NCBI GenBank assembly: GCA_964016885.1
Contig: OZ024753.1
Coordinates: forward strand, 32,178,001-32,242,000
Origin: Eledone cirrhosa
Lineage: Eukaryota
Length of the DNA stretch: 64,000 nucleotides
Direction of reading: 5' to 3'
Shown: positions 28,233-41,164 of the stretch, piece by piece
Position numbering within the stretch: position 1 is the first letter of the stretch
How the letters are laid out: each line of letters starts with the position of its first letter
Position numbers and translations under genes: made by a program
Notes under the pieces: generated by a model
The model's input: only the letters and a program-made list of their open reading frames with translations
What the model was told of the DNA's origin: nothing
Databases searched by the model: none

Positions 28233-28304
<72 letters not shown>

Positions 28305-28305
28305 G
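27478..28305. repeat. (TA)n/(TTTA) compound microsatellite
   Basis: Direct reading. Confidence 0.96.
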
Positions 28306-29331
28306 TCATCCTCAATGCCCGTAAGTCAGTAATTAATTTCGACGGCTCTATTTGGATTAAAAAATCCAATAGTACCCCATTCGACGTGAGTATGGGCGCC
28401 AGCGATTCTGCGGAGGTTACTGATCTTATCGGCCTTTTCCTTCTTTTCTCTATCAAGGACGAATTCCCCAATGCGGGCGGTGGTTTGTACCGTGATGATG
28501 GTCTTTTGACCATGACTAAGTGCGGACCTCGTGCTTGCGACAGGTTCAGAAAAGAACTCACAGCCTTCTTTAAAGGCTTCAACCTCTCTATACAGGTTGA
28601 GGCCAATCTCTCAGTCGTTAATTACCTCGACGTTACCCTCAATTAATCGAATGGGTTGTATTACCCGTATAGAAAGCCGAATGATACACTTAATTACATA
28701 AGTAAGCATTCCAACCATCCTGCCAGCATAACCCAGAACCTGGTAAGAAACGTTTCGTTGAGGCTTTCCCGTCTATCTACTTAACTCTGAAGCGGAGATT
28801 CATTCGGTTTCCTAGTTAGAATTTAGTCTACGACTTCAGCTATACCATTTACGTGGTTTTGTCTTTGCATGCCATTGTTCTCCACGCTCCACATATGACG
28901 TATTATCTTCGTTTTTTTCGTTCATTGCCAGAGAACGTCTCTTGAACCACCTAAGAGAACATTAGTCTACGACTTCTTTTATACCATAAACGTGGTTCTG
29001 TCTTTGCGCGTAATTTTTTTCAACGCTCCTATTAATGACGTATTATATTCGTTTTTTTCCCGTTCTTTGCCAGGGAACGTTTCCACGAACCAAAGTATCG
29101 TCTTCCTGTCTTCCTCCGGTTGCAACGTTTTCTGAAATATCCACTTCTGCGTTTACAGATTGACTTTGTTAGTTTCAGAAGATCCCCTTAAGGGTGAAAG
29201 CTGCGATTCTTTGCATAAACTTTAATCTGGATTTTAATAAATATTTGCTCTGCGGTTCTTATATGTTTGATATATATTTATCCTTATCGAGCCCTCTTTG
29301 GATTTTAGTCTTCAAATTTATTATTATTACT
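28306..29331 (+). mobile_element. Internally deleted Penelope-like (Naiad-type) element: RT core fragment plus 3' region
   Basis: ARKS..WIKK..FDVSMGASDSAEVTDLIG..GLYRDDGL..NYLDVTLN*..PYRKPND..SNHP. Contains a 140-bp tandem duplication (28822/28962) and a degenerate HHR at 29171-29221. Confidence 0.82.
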
Positions 29332-29364
29332 ATATATTTATTTATATATATATATATATTTATT

Positions 29365-29420
<56 letters not shown>

Positions 29421-29501
29421 CATATATATATTTCTATATATACACATTTACATACATTCTCCCACACACTTATATAAAAGGAAACATTTCACAATACATA
29501 C

Positions 29502-29640
29502 TGTCAGGTGGACATTTTGATCTATTAAATCCACATGTAGGTGTATCTGGAGGAGGGGACTTTCTTCCACCTGCCCAGTGAATGGTTCTGTTTGGCACAG
29601 GTATATACTGTTTCTTATTGCCAAAATAATTAGCGACAAC
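29502..29640 (-). CDS. Receptor guanylyl cyclase / NPR-like juxtamembrane extracellular exon (139 bp)
   Basis: tttacag|GTT...GAC A|gtatgt; encodes [46 protein letters not shown], with the family motif IHW..PPPD.P.CGF...C; phase 0 to phase 1. Confidence 0.93.
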
Positions 29641-30869
29641 CTGTAAATAAACATGTAATATTACATAAATTACTTGCATATATTTATTGATAATATAGAA
29701 TACATATTGCATAAGAAAATAGATATAGAGAAAATATATACAAACCTGCCGAGAAGGTAATGTGAAAGTTCTGCTGTATAAAACTTGTGTGTGGTGTGTG
29801 TTGAACTGCCATTGATTCTTACAATGAAACTTTCACTTGATTTAATTAATGTAACGGGCAGCTTATGTACTCTCCTAGCATGCAAATGTACCCTTAATAT
29901 AATTCTCATGATGATTCAGTATGACACAGTTATGTGACAAATCTTGCCTTTTATTTTACTGGTATAACTCATTTTGTACCAACTGAGTTAACTGGGGAAG
30001 GGTGAAATAAAGTTTCTTGGTCAAGGACAACATATGATACCAGGAGTCAATCATATAACCTTATGAGTTGAACACCCTATCCACTAAGGCATGTACATTA
30101 TAATAATATTTATATAATTATAATATATAGTAGATAGCCAGCATAGTGAAGCTGTAGAATCAGTAAATCAAGACATAGGAGTTGTATAATTGACAGTGAC
30201 TGACAAGATTTCATGCAGGAATTTAGTTATGCATCTTTAAGCAATGAGTTTGTATCTTAATATAGTCAACAATGACTCCTCCTAGCAACGTTGTTAAAAT
30301 ACATTACCACTAAACTACTACAATAGACACAATAGACTTTTCTCTCTCCAATATTTTATGGCTTTTCACCAATTTTAGAAACCAATATTAGATCCAAAAT
30401 AATAATGGATACAATTAATTTATCAATGTATTGAACTCTTGTACTACGTCATAATCAATATCTAGGGATTCTCTCCCATCAGACCATGTATATGGCTATT
30501 AAATTAAATTAACACAATATTCTGGTAATAGAGCACTTTTAGTTTCCATCTTGACTTTTCTGAAGACATATTAGTTCAGGAAATAATTTCAGAATTATCC
30601 AAGATGTAGAAACAGTCAATGATAATTTAAGGTTATAGTCACTTGAACTTCATCTCAACAAGATTATTTTAGACATTGTGCAGTCTTAATTTATATTAAG
30701 CATCCATTTAATGATTTATATATTATGAGAATATATAAAGAAGGAACTTTATTGTCAAAACTTTCCTGTCACACTGATCTCTAATTATAATTACCAATTG
30801 TGAATTAATAGTTGCTAATATACTCTAAAATTAGTTTCTTAATTTAGATAACATTATCTAATCTAAATT

Positions 30870-31060
30870 AGGGCTATGGATTGGCAGTATTGGTAGTGGA
30901 TTGGACGCCATGCTTTGACGTATAGAGTTACGGGCCTTGCCATTCTGAGTTCAAATCCCGCCAAGGTTAACTTTGCCTTTCATCCTTACGGGGTCGATAA
31001 AATAAAGTACCAGTAATGCACTGGGTAATTGTTGGCCTTGTGCCTAATGTAGAAACAATT
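30870..31060 (+). mobile_element. tRNA-derived SINE, family A
   Basis: Full motif set; TSD ATTATCTAATCTAAAT. Confidence 0.87.
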
Positions 31061-31096
31061 ATCTAATCTAAATGACAGGATTGTTAACGTCTCAGA

Positions 31097-31278
31097 TACG
31101 AGGGGCAGCTAAACAGTTCATAGGCTGACTATGAAGACATGATGCTAGCGCTGTGAAATCTTGCATGCATTAATTTCAACTCTTCTAATTGATAACCATC
31201 TTGTTTCTTTCCAGTGTGTATGATGAAAAATAAACCTCATCTGGCCATTCCATAAGAGAATCTTGGTTAGCCTATGAA
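31097..31278. mobile_element. Mariner-like MITE remnant
   Basis: TACGAGGGG start; GTTCATAGGCTGAC is mirrored by GTTAGCCTATGAA. Confidence 0.45.
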
Positions 31279-31607
31279 TAATAGCTTGTGGCATTTATCC
31301 TGGATTTCTGTGAACTGAGTTCAAATTCTACCAAGTTCAACTTTGCTTTCATCATTTTAAGATTGATACATAAAGTACTAGTCTAGGATGATAGACTGGC
31401 AAAATCATTTGAATGCCAGATGGGATGTTTATGGATTGTCAGAATCAGGATGCAGGAGAAGTGGGCAGATTTGGAGTGTAAAGTAACTTGGGTCTTAGCG
31501 GTAATAAAAGTCATGTGCATGCCACCTATGCATACAAAGAAGTTCAAGAGTTGGCAGTTCTTGAAACCGATATGCAGCCATTGTATTGTTCTCTCTCTCT
31601 CCCTCTC

Positions 31608-31657
<50 letters not shown>

Positions 31658-32449
31658 CGAAACATAAGTCAATTGCATGAACTCATAATCCTTTATTTAC
31701 TGCTATACATATTTTAATGATAGCCATTGAATGGCTATGACCTCATCAGGCAGTTAGTCAGTTCTTAGATATGCCAGCTCTGTGTTTATGGTGTTGATGG
31801 TATCAGAGCCTTGGGACATATATATATATATGTGAACAGACATCAATAGCACCGACCACTGCCACCAAACTTTACACACTAGTATATCAGCTCCCATCAC
31901 AGCACCAGCATGCATTTCATACATTTCAACCACTGTGGTTCTCTAATCATAGTAAACAGCTTCTGCTTCTTATATATAAATATTCCACATTAAACAGCAA
32001 CAGAATATTTATGTATGTGATATTGAGTGTAGATCTTTCAGAAATGTGTATTTCATCATTCCTAAAGTTCAGCAACATTCACAATATCTATATGACTAAC
32101 ATATATTTCAATATAACAGACTAAGTTACTCATATATAACAGATTTGTCCTTTGTTCAATCCTTGTCTGCTCCTCAAGTAATTTAATTTAATTATTTCAA
32201 TCTAATTAATGAATTTAAAAGAATAATCAATAATTTTCAGAAGAAAGCACCTTTCGATATTTGACAAGAAATCTAATATAGAATTCTAGAAATTATATAA
32301 TTTAGACACTTTAATTAATTTTGATGTAATAGTGATAATCTTAATTTTAACACAGCTCATGTAGAAATAGAAAAGTGACAAGAATCAAAGTAGAATTTGT
32401 ACAAAATTCCTTTGTTAACCACTTGTATTTTGTCATTAGAGTCCTCCTC

Positions 32450-32515
<66 letters not shown>

Positions 32516-32840
32516 CATATACATATATATATATATATATGTGAGTATATATATATATACACACACACACACACATCTCATAGATGTTAAGCATGAAAGT
32601 GAACACAGTTATTCATATACGCCTCTGTATACACATTTATTACTCTCTCTCACACACACAGTGTGTTGGGTAGAGATGTGTATATTGAAGTATATATGAA
32701 AATCAAGATTATTAAGACACATCATTCAGCCATAGTAAATAATATTATTAAATTCTACTTCAATTTTGAGTGTTCATTCTCACACCGAAAAACATGACAT
32801 GGTTATATACACACACAAATACATATTTTTATATATATAT

Positions 32841-33070
32841 ATCATCATCATCATCATCATTTAACGTCCATCTTCCATGCTAGCATGGGATATATGGGAG
32901 TTGTCGCACTTGAGGTAAGATTGGTCAGGTGATCGTGTCTCGCTTGTATAGGACTATCTGGCAGGTTTTCTACGGTTGGGTGCCCTTCCTAACACCAACC
33001 ACATTTAGAGTGTGGGCTGGGAGCTTCTTACCGTGTTACCTACATGGCCACATTACAGCATGGACTGTAT
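32841..33070 (-). mobile_element. RTE 3' UTR fragment
   Basis: Homologous to 25416-25650; (GAT)n tail. Confidence 0.8.
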
Positions 33071-35495
33071 TTTTTGTTTTTTTTCCTTCCCTTTTCTTTT
33101 TCCCTTCACTCTTTCCTTCTTTTTTTTCCACCACCTTTTTCCTATATTTATATATATATGTTGCTCAATCAACTGAATCTGCTGTTTGTGAATTAACATG
33201 TAGGTGGTTGAGTACTCCACTTCAAATCCATTTGATGGGTTTTTACACAGTTTCTGTGTACACAATTTCACTCAGAACACTTGGGTTGATTTGGGGCTTT
33301 GATAAAAACACTTGATCAACATGCCATTAAGTGGAATGAAACTCCCAACCTTGTGATTGGAAAGTGAACTTCTTAACACCTCATCCATTTCTGTGTCCAC
33401 TTTATATTTAATGAGAATATGCAAATCATTATGATTACAGTTAAACGTATCAAACGGTTATTGCCATCAACACTGTTTAGCTAACAGCTACACTTAGAAC
33501 CTCATAGACATGCATCTATATACAGCAAAATATATTCCTTAGGATTATTAAATGCAGCAAATATTACCTCAAAACGTCTTGACAAAATATAATTTCAATC
33601 AAGAGTAATTAATTGCTATTCACAAAGTTTAATTATGTTGCATATATCACAAAGCCACTCTATGGCACCTCTTTATGTCCAGTATAACCAATACAGAGAT
33701 CAATAGCATGCTAGCGACAGTGACTCACAATGCTAGGGTGAACTTGGAACTTTGATTAGTGACTCTTACTAAAGATGTCTTTCAGTGAAATTGAACCTGG
33801 GTTTGTATGGGTGGGAAGAGAAGTTCTAAACTACACTGCATCAATCAGATATTAAACTGATAAAAGGTTGTCTTAATCTCAGTATTTTAATATATAAGGA
33901 GGTTTGTTATAAAATAATTCAATTAATGACTGCACTAAAATTTCTTGATATCCTCAGTTTTCTTTGACTGATTTCATCTTTAAGAATAAAAATATCAATA
34001 AAATTTGTTATAGCACTATCAAGATTATGAACTTCTCCTTCAGGCATAAAAGACACATACTTTAGAAGTAATATATTCTTTGAATTATCACTTTTGTAAA
34101 TATTATTTCTTTATTATTGAAAGAAACCATTCATAGAAATGAAACAGATTGAAAACCAACTTAAGAGGAGAAATACTGCAAGGTATTTACTGCCATTCCT
34201 CAATCATGCTATTCATCCAGTTTAGTTGATGTGTATGTTTAGATTGATACAATTCCACACAGCTACATTTCATGAAAAGAAAATATTCACCTCTGATTTT
34301 ATGAAGATATTCAATAATACAGTAATGTATATGTAAATGACAGTTTGCATTGAAAACTTAATGTTTCACATTCGTTCCTACAGTGTGCCATGTTGAACAA
34401 GTGTTATTTTCTATAAACTAGAAATGAGCAAAGCCGTGAGTAAAATTATGTTACTGGAAACTCTTCAAAAATGTGTCAGGTGGATGTACTTGTAATTTAA
34501 AGAGCCAGCCTTGTCACACAAGAGAATTATGTTAAGCTTATATATGTTTGTTAAATGCTCAGCAATTTACACTGCAATTTTATAGACAGGTTTTCTGTCC
34601 ATTGAAGAACTAAAACATTCATTGCCCAAATGGAGGTCCATTCAATTCTATTATAAGTGAATGTGATATTTCGATTATATATTATAATACAGCAGTATGA
34701 CTGTTTGAAAGTGATATAGATATTATGATGCAATATATAATGTGGAATAATCACAAAGTATGAATAATATTGATTTTTCATCTTCCCATTACAAACTCAT
34801 TCTTTCTTATCAGAAAGTGTGCTAGAAATTGAAGAAAGCTATCATCACCAAGCCTCTCTGGTATGTATGATTGTCCAGGTATGGAAAGCAGAACACTAAA
34901 GTCCAACGGAACCATAAGCTATATGTTTAGTGCAAGGCACTTCTTATCTTGACTGGTAATGTTTTTTTTATTCTTTTATCAGAAACTGTATGTCTATAAT
35001 AGAAAGAGCTTAGCAGTAGTGAAATGAGCACACATATTTGTGTAAAAATAATTAAGAGAATTATTTTTACACCACATCATGATGTATCATATTTTTCCTG
35101 ATTCTTTGAGTTCTGAGATCAAATCGCACTGTGGCATGCATGAGTGTTAGACTTAATCAATCTGCCTCATTAATATAATGTTTGAATTTTTGCATGCCTT
35201 TAGTAAACTCTACCCTATTACAAGAACTTGGACCAAGATTTCGTCCTCTGCAACCAGTATGGAAAGTGCTGAAAATATATAGCACTGCTCTCCTCCTGAC
35301 TAAGGCATCTTGTCCCTAATATAGAAATATTCAATGATATTATATATTCTGAAGCCTATTTGGTGAGGACCCTTGTGCATACATATATATCTGACAATGG
35401 ATGTTTATAGAACAATCGAAATGCTAAAGTTCAGGAGGTCCTTATCAGGAGTAAATATTGATTAAAATTAAATATGTTCTTTTAATATGCCTTAC

Positions 35496-35587
35496 CTCAA
35501 ACTTTCCACTTAGAGGGTCCATATCCAGCAAAGAGTAGTCCGCACTCCTATCACCATTTTCATCAATACTGACGGTGCCAGTAATAC
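35496..35587 (-). CDS. Receptor guanylyl cyclase / NPR-like extracellular exon (92 bp)
   Basis: ttgcag|GT ATT...TTT GAG|gtaagg; encodes (G)ITGTVSIDENGDRSADYSLLDMDPLSGKFE, with the ANF-receptor-domain motif GITG.V.ID.NGDR..DYSL; phase 1 to phase 0. Confidence 0.93.
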
Positions 35588-37754
35588 CTGCAATAACAAG
35601 AATGTTTATATAGATAAATACATACAGTATATATTTAATAGATGGTTTCCTATCACATTCTCTTCCTGTCACAGTGTTAGTAATTTTACTGATTGGAGTT
35701 GCATTAGTCAACTTAAACTTGTAAAAAAAAATGTAACAATATAACAGCGTTTCTGTTGAACGAGAAAAATAATATAGATTTCTAATTTAGACACAAAACC
35801 AGCAATTTGGGAGATATTATGGCCTAATAAAACTTCCTTAGCAAAGTATAAGTCTTACTTGTACACAATGGAGAATATTTAAATTACTAGACTGGTATGT
35901 TATTTATTGAACCCAAATTTGAACTCTGAGTTTAGAGAACCAGAATCAACACCATAAAGTACTTCCCTCCCAGTCTCAACAGTAAATATTCTGTGGTTCC
36001 TTAGTGGCTGAGTATTCCACAGACATAGGCGACCTTTATGCAATTCTTAGGCCTAATCAGCATGACGCAATGTTACAAGGTGGATTAGTTTCAGAAACAG
36101 AAAGTTTTAGTAATATATTTAGGCAATGTGTTAATAGGGTGACAGAAAGGCAGGTTTAAAGGCTGTCATATAGGAATAAGAATTTCCTTAGGGTGTTGTG
36201 CAATATCACTAGAAAACACTCAGAAGGTTAGTCTTTCTTGAGCCTTAATGTTAATCAGATGGAGACTTATTCTAGTTCCATATGCAATGCAAGCCAGTCT
36301 CTTAATGGTAATCATTGCTTCAGCTGAGTGGAAGTGGAATAATATTAAATGAAGTGATTTGCTGAAGAACACAAAACTCCTCCCTGTCTGGGAATTGAAG
36401 TATTGAAGTCTGGCCTTACAGTTCAACACCTTAACCATTAGGTTGCTCACATTCACAGAAGATGCACAAGAAATGCATATATCATATTAGTAAACTGGTG
36501 TTTGTAGTGTGTTGGTGAATAATAAAGTGGTCCGATATTGTTGCAGCATAGGGTTAATGTATACCTCATAGAAATTTAGTAACTGAGCAAAGTTGAGTTT
36601 ATAATAATAAATTAAGGCTTTAGCTTTTATGATGGAAGTTTGATGTGATTATAAATATAAGGTTGGCATGAAAGTTTATCACTTAACAATTTATAATAAG
36701 CTGTATTATAATTCTATGTGTTATCCATGAATAGTGAAGTAAGATTTTGGTAACTTTCCCTGAAACATAGTGTCTGTGTTTTAACACTTCAAATACAATA
36801 TCTCTCTAGGGGATGTGAAAGCCATTGAAATAAACCATCAATTAATTTTATACCAGCATTTCTCAGAATACTGACTCAAGTGATCTTTTATTACATATGT
36901 TGGTTTTTCTTGTTATCCAGGCCATAATTTCTTACATGCAGACACAGTCAATTATTTCTTTCTCTAAATATCACTTTATACCTGCAGTCCTAACTTCTCT
37001 AACAAAACTTTGAAGAAAGCCAGTTAGTTTCTATGAAAGTCTTTGCAATCTGAAGAAAAGATAGCAAATAAGTAGTAGCTGTGGTAATTGGCAAGCTCCA
37101 GGAAACTGAAGTGAGTATAATCCTAATGAAATCCATTGTAATTAATCAGCCCTCACAGAAGGAAGTTAACATGTGGGCGTCATTATACCAGGGTGATAAA
37201 ATAAAACATATCTCATTCAGAGATGTATTGAAAATGATTTGTTCTAAAAGATAATATACCCATTATTTTCTGATATTGCTTACATTGACAACTACACGAT
37301 GCACAGCTTAAGAGATTTACTTCATAGTCAAGAGGTCCTGGGTCCAACCCAAATGCCCTTTAGCAAATGTAATTAATTAATTCAGAATGAGATTCATCAT
37401 CATCATCATTTAACATCCATCTTCCAAGCTAGCATGTGAAGAATAAAAGTGTGTAAAAATATTGGATGGACTGTACATATAATTCAAATGGTCAGCTTCA
37501 TCACATAATATGTCAGGCTAATTTGGCATGGTTTGTGAATCATGTTACGGGGTCACATGTCAGTGATATACTCAGCCAGTAAGACCTTAATGTAACAAGT
37601 CAGGCATATGTTAAGTGGTCAAACAACTAAATACCCTTCATGGAACCAATGAAGGATTCATCATATGACTCACTATGGCAGAAAATGATTTCAAATACAA
37701 AAGAACAGGCAATATTTTGTAGTTTTCATTATATATATATATATAACAACATCA

Positions 37755-38030
37755 TCAACAACATCGTTTAACGTCCATTTTACACACTAAGGAGTGCTGT
37801 CCCGTGGTGAGACACCCCAGTTGGAGGACTGTGTTTTTCTCACACAGAACTGATTAAACTTGGTTTCTATGGCTGGATTCCCTTCCGAATACCAACCACT
37901 TTACAGTGTGGACTGGGTGCTTTTTGTCATGACACCTACAGGACCACTTTACAGAGTGGACTGGGCACTTATTGTCATGACTCAGGAAGGATGACCACTT
38001 TATGGTGTAGTGTATGGGTGGGGTGGTGCG
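37755..38030 (-). mobile_element. Diverged RTE 3' UTR fragment
   Basis: TTTCTATGGCTGGATTCCCTTCCGAATACCAACCAC and CGTTTAACGTCC motifs shared with the RTE 3' UTR. Confidence 0.7.
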
Positions 38031-38169
38031 AGGGTAATTGGTGTTTACTATATGTATGCCTCAGATCCTGCATATGGGAGGAAGGGTCTTCTGTATATAT
38101 ATATATATATATATATTTAAAAACAATATTAAAATATATATATATATATATTTAAAAACAATATTAAAG

Positions 38170-38201
<32 letters not shown>

Positions 38202-38251
38202 GAAATATATATATATTTAAAAACAATATTAAAGAATATATATATATATAT

Positions 38252-38760
38252 AGTGAGACCTGGGCGCTGAATATGGAAAACTTGCGTAGATTAGAAAGAA
38301 ATGAAGCCTGCATGCTCCGATGGATGTGTAATAGTAATATATGTGAACGGCAAAGCATAAATGAATTGAGAGAGATACTGAGCATAAGAGGAATCAAATG
38401 CTGTGTGCAGGAGAGGCAGTTGCATTGGTATGGACATGTGATGCGTATGAAGGACGACAGCTGCATAAAAAGGTGCAGAGCACTAGAGGTCAATGGAAGC
38501 CGCGGAGTGGGGAGACCAAAGAAGACCTGGGAAGAGGTGATAAAAGCCGACCTTACCCAATTACACCTCTCAAAGGTGATGACGCATGACCGTGACCTCT
38601 GGCGTCACGCAGTAATACAGAAAACCCGAGCCCCCACGGGTACAAACCGAAGCTGAAGCATATAGACACTATGCCCCCACACCGTCTGGACACTGCCCAC
38701 AACCGTCTAATCCATGCTAGCATGGAAGAACGGACGTAAAACGGTGATGATGATGATGAT
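38252..38760 (+). mobile_element. RTE LINE 3' fragment (ORF C-terminus plus shortened 3' UTR)
   Basis: SETWALNMENLRRLERNEACMLRWMC...WYGHVMRM...GRPKKTW; ends GGACGTAAAACG(GT)GATGATG. Confidence 0.9.
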
Positions 38761-39109
38761 ATATATATATATATATATATGGTCTGTTGGAGATGCAGGA
38801 TATGGCAGCGATAATGAGGGACAGAGACCGCTGGAGAGAACTCGTCCATGGATCTCGGGAATTTAACCCGCCTTAGATAGATAGATAGATATATAAGAGG
38901 AAGGGATATTTAATTTGTTGGAGATTCAACAAATATTCAGAGCACTCGACAGATTTCTGGAGTAAATATTCAATGATATTAAATAAATGGAAACTATATT
39001 TATAAATATAGAAACTATATTTATAATATGGTTTTATAAATATAGTTTCCATTTATTTAATATCATTGTATATATATATTTAAAACATATATATATATAT
39101 ATGAAGCAT

Positions 39110-39398
39110 ATAGACAATATGCCCCCACACCCTCCCACTGCAAAGTGGTCGTGGAGGTGCCATGGCAAAAAAGCACCCAGCCCACAACTGTAAATTGGAC
39201 GTGTAGGCGCTACGGAAAAAAAAGCACCCAGCACTCACTGTAAATGAGGTTGGTGTTAGGAAGGGCATCCAGCTGTAGAAATCAAGCCAGAATCAGTTGC
39301 AATGAGCAAAACAAGATCAGCCACAACAGGAAAACCCGTCTAACCCATGTTAGCGTGGAAGAACGGACGTAAAACGGTGATGATGAGGATGATGATGA
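39110..39398 (+). mobile_element. RTE 3' UTR-derived element
   Basis: Similar to 43241-43530 and to the RTE 3' UTR (GGTTGGTGTTAGGAAGGGCATCCAGCTGTAGAAA). Confidence 0.8.
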
Positions 39399-40035
39399 TA
39401 ATGATGATTTAAAACATATATATATATTTAAAACACACACATATATATATATGTCTATGTTTTCCGATTCAGAGAATATTTATTCTACATGTAAATATCA
39501 GATGTATGGTGAATGGTTGCGAATATACATATTTTTGGATGATCACTGTAATTTGTGTATATTTACCTGCTCATCCAACCAATAGCAGCAAATATCATAA
39601 GTTTGTGGTGAAACTACACAATTAATTAGAACCTTCTATATCACAACACATGCCACAATCTATCATGCGCATGTAAATATTTTTAATAGTTATCTGATGT
39701 CGGTTGGAGATTAAACCTGAAATTAATGAGAGTGATTTCTCAGCAAACTCCCCACCACAAATTATATTTTCCATATTATGATCTGGATTCAATTAATTGC
39801 AATTCACAAACACCCAAGATATTACAACGACATACATACATATATATTTATATACATATATATATATAAAGAATTAATATATCTACCGACATATGTATAC
39901 AGATGCATACCTATGTTAGCAAATATATATGTTTTGTCTTAGTAACTTTGTGGTTCTATGCAAGGGGATGCAGAACAATTATATGAAAGATGTAAATAAG
40001 AAAGTTATGAAAATTGACTTACTTACTAAAATTTC

Positions 40036-40116
40036 ACTCCAACTAATTAGTTTCTGTAAGGGGATAAATATGGTTACGGAGTGTACCCATAGAGAAGCCT
40101 TACGTCATCAGGGCGT
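40036..40116 (-). ncRNA. Type I hammerhead ribozyme (inverted copy)
   Basis: Reverse complement of 40364-40444. Confidence 0.72.
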
Positions 40117-40363
40117 CTATTCTCAGCTAAGCTTCCAGGCAATGCGGGGACACTGGGAACTTATATAAAAATAATTCAGTGGATGGAAAAAAGCGAGCAG
40201 GGCTAGATTCCAAGACATTGAAAATTCACTGCCTACTTGGTCAAGTGGCAAATTCAAAAGAATGTCTTGGAATCTAGCCCCGCTCGCTTTTTTCCATCCA
40301 CTGAATTATTTTTATATAAGTTCCCAGTGTCCCCACATTGCCTGGAAGCTTAGCTGAGAATAG

Positions 40364-40444
40364 ACGCCCTGATGACGTAAGGCTTCTCTATGGGTACACT
40401 CCATAACCATATTTATCCCCTTACAGAAACTAATTAGTTGGAGT
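40364..40444 (+). ncRNA. Type I hammerhead ribozyme with extended stem II
   Basis: ACGCC-CUGAUGA-C-GUAAGG...CCUUAC-A-GAAAC-UAAUUA-GUU-GGAGU; palindromic stem III ACUAAUUAGU. Confidence 0.72.
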
Positions 40445-40887
40445 GAAATTTTAGTAAGTAAGTCAATTTTCATAACTTTCTTATTTACGTCTTTCATATA
40501 ATTGTTCTGCATCCCCTTGCATAGAACCACAAAGTTACTAAGACAAAACATATATATTTGCTAACATAGGTATGCATCTGTATACATATGTCGGTAGATA
40601 TATTAATACTTTATATTTATCTCCAACTTATTTGTTGAGCAAAATTTGCCGAAATTACTACTGTGGTTAATAGTAGTGGCTAGGCTCTGTCTTAATAGCA
40701 CCCACACTCCTAGCTGATTAACCTCAGTGTCACGTGATTGATTCTTTTGAATTTGCCACTTGACCAAGTAGGCAGTGAATTTTCAATGTCTTGGAATCTA
40801 GCCCCGCTTGCTTTTTTCCATCCACTGAATTATTTTTATATAAGTTCCCAGTGTCCCCGCATTGCCTGGAAGCTTAGCTGAGAATAG

Positions 40888-40968
40888 AGTCCCTGATGAC
40901 GTAAGGCTTTTCTATGGGTACACTCCGTAACCATATTTATCCCCTTACAGAAACTAATTAGTTGGAAT
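40888..40968 (+). ncRNA. Type I hammerhead ribozyme (second tandem copy)
   Basis: Same core and stems II/III, 524 nt downstream of the first. Confidence 0.7.
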
Positions 40969-41015
40969 GAAATTTTAGTAAGTAAGTCAATTTTCATAAC
41001 TTTCTTATTTACGTC

Positions 41016-41052
<37 letters not shown>

Positions 41053-41164
41053 CATATATAGACATATATATGCATATATATATGTATGTGTGTGTATGTC
41101 TGTGTGTATTCTGGGTTCAATCGGAGGTAACCACTGTAAGTGAGGTACTTAATACATACTAGAG

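Larger units (their letters stand above)
39868..41020 (+). mobile_element. Non-coding hammerhead-bearing tandem/inverted element (retrozyme-like or non-autonomous PLE), 524-bp unit
   Basis: Inverted copy 39868-40263; direct copies starting at 40261 and 40785 (period 524); one HHR per unit; (TA)n flanks. Confidence 0.8.

Noticed and set aside
39929-40551. Repeated 79-aa ORF MFCLSNFVVLCKG...
   Set aside because: Antisense to the hammerhead strand of the 524-bp repeat; recurrence only reflects recent duplication; no recognisable domain.
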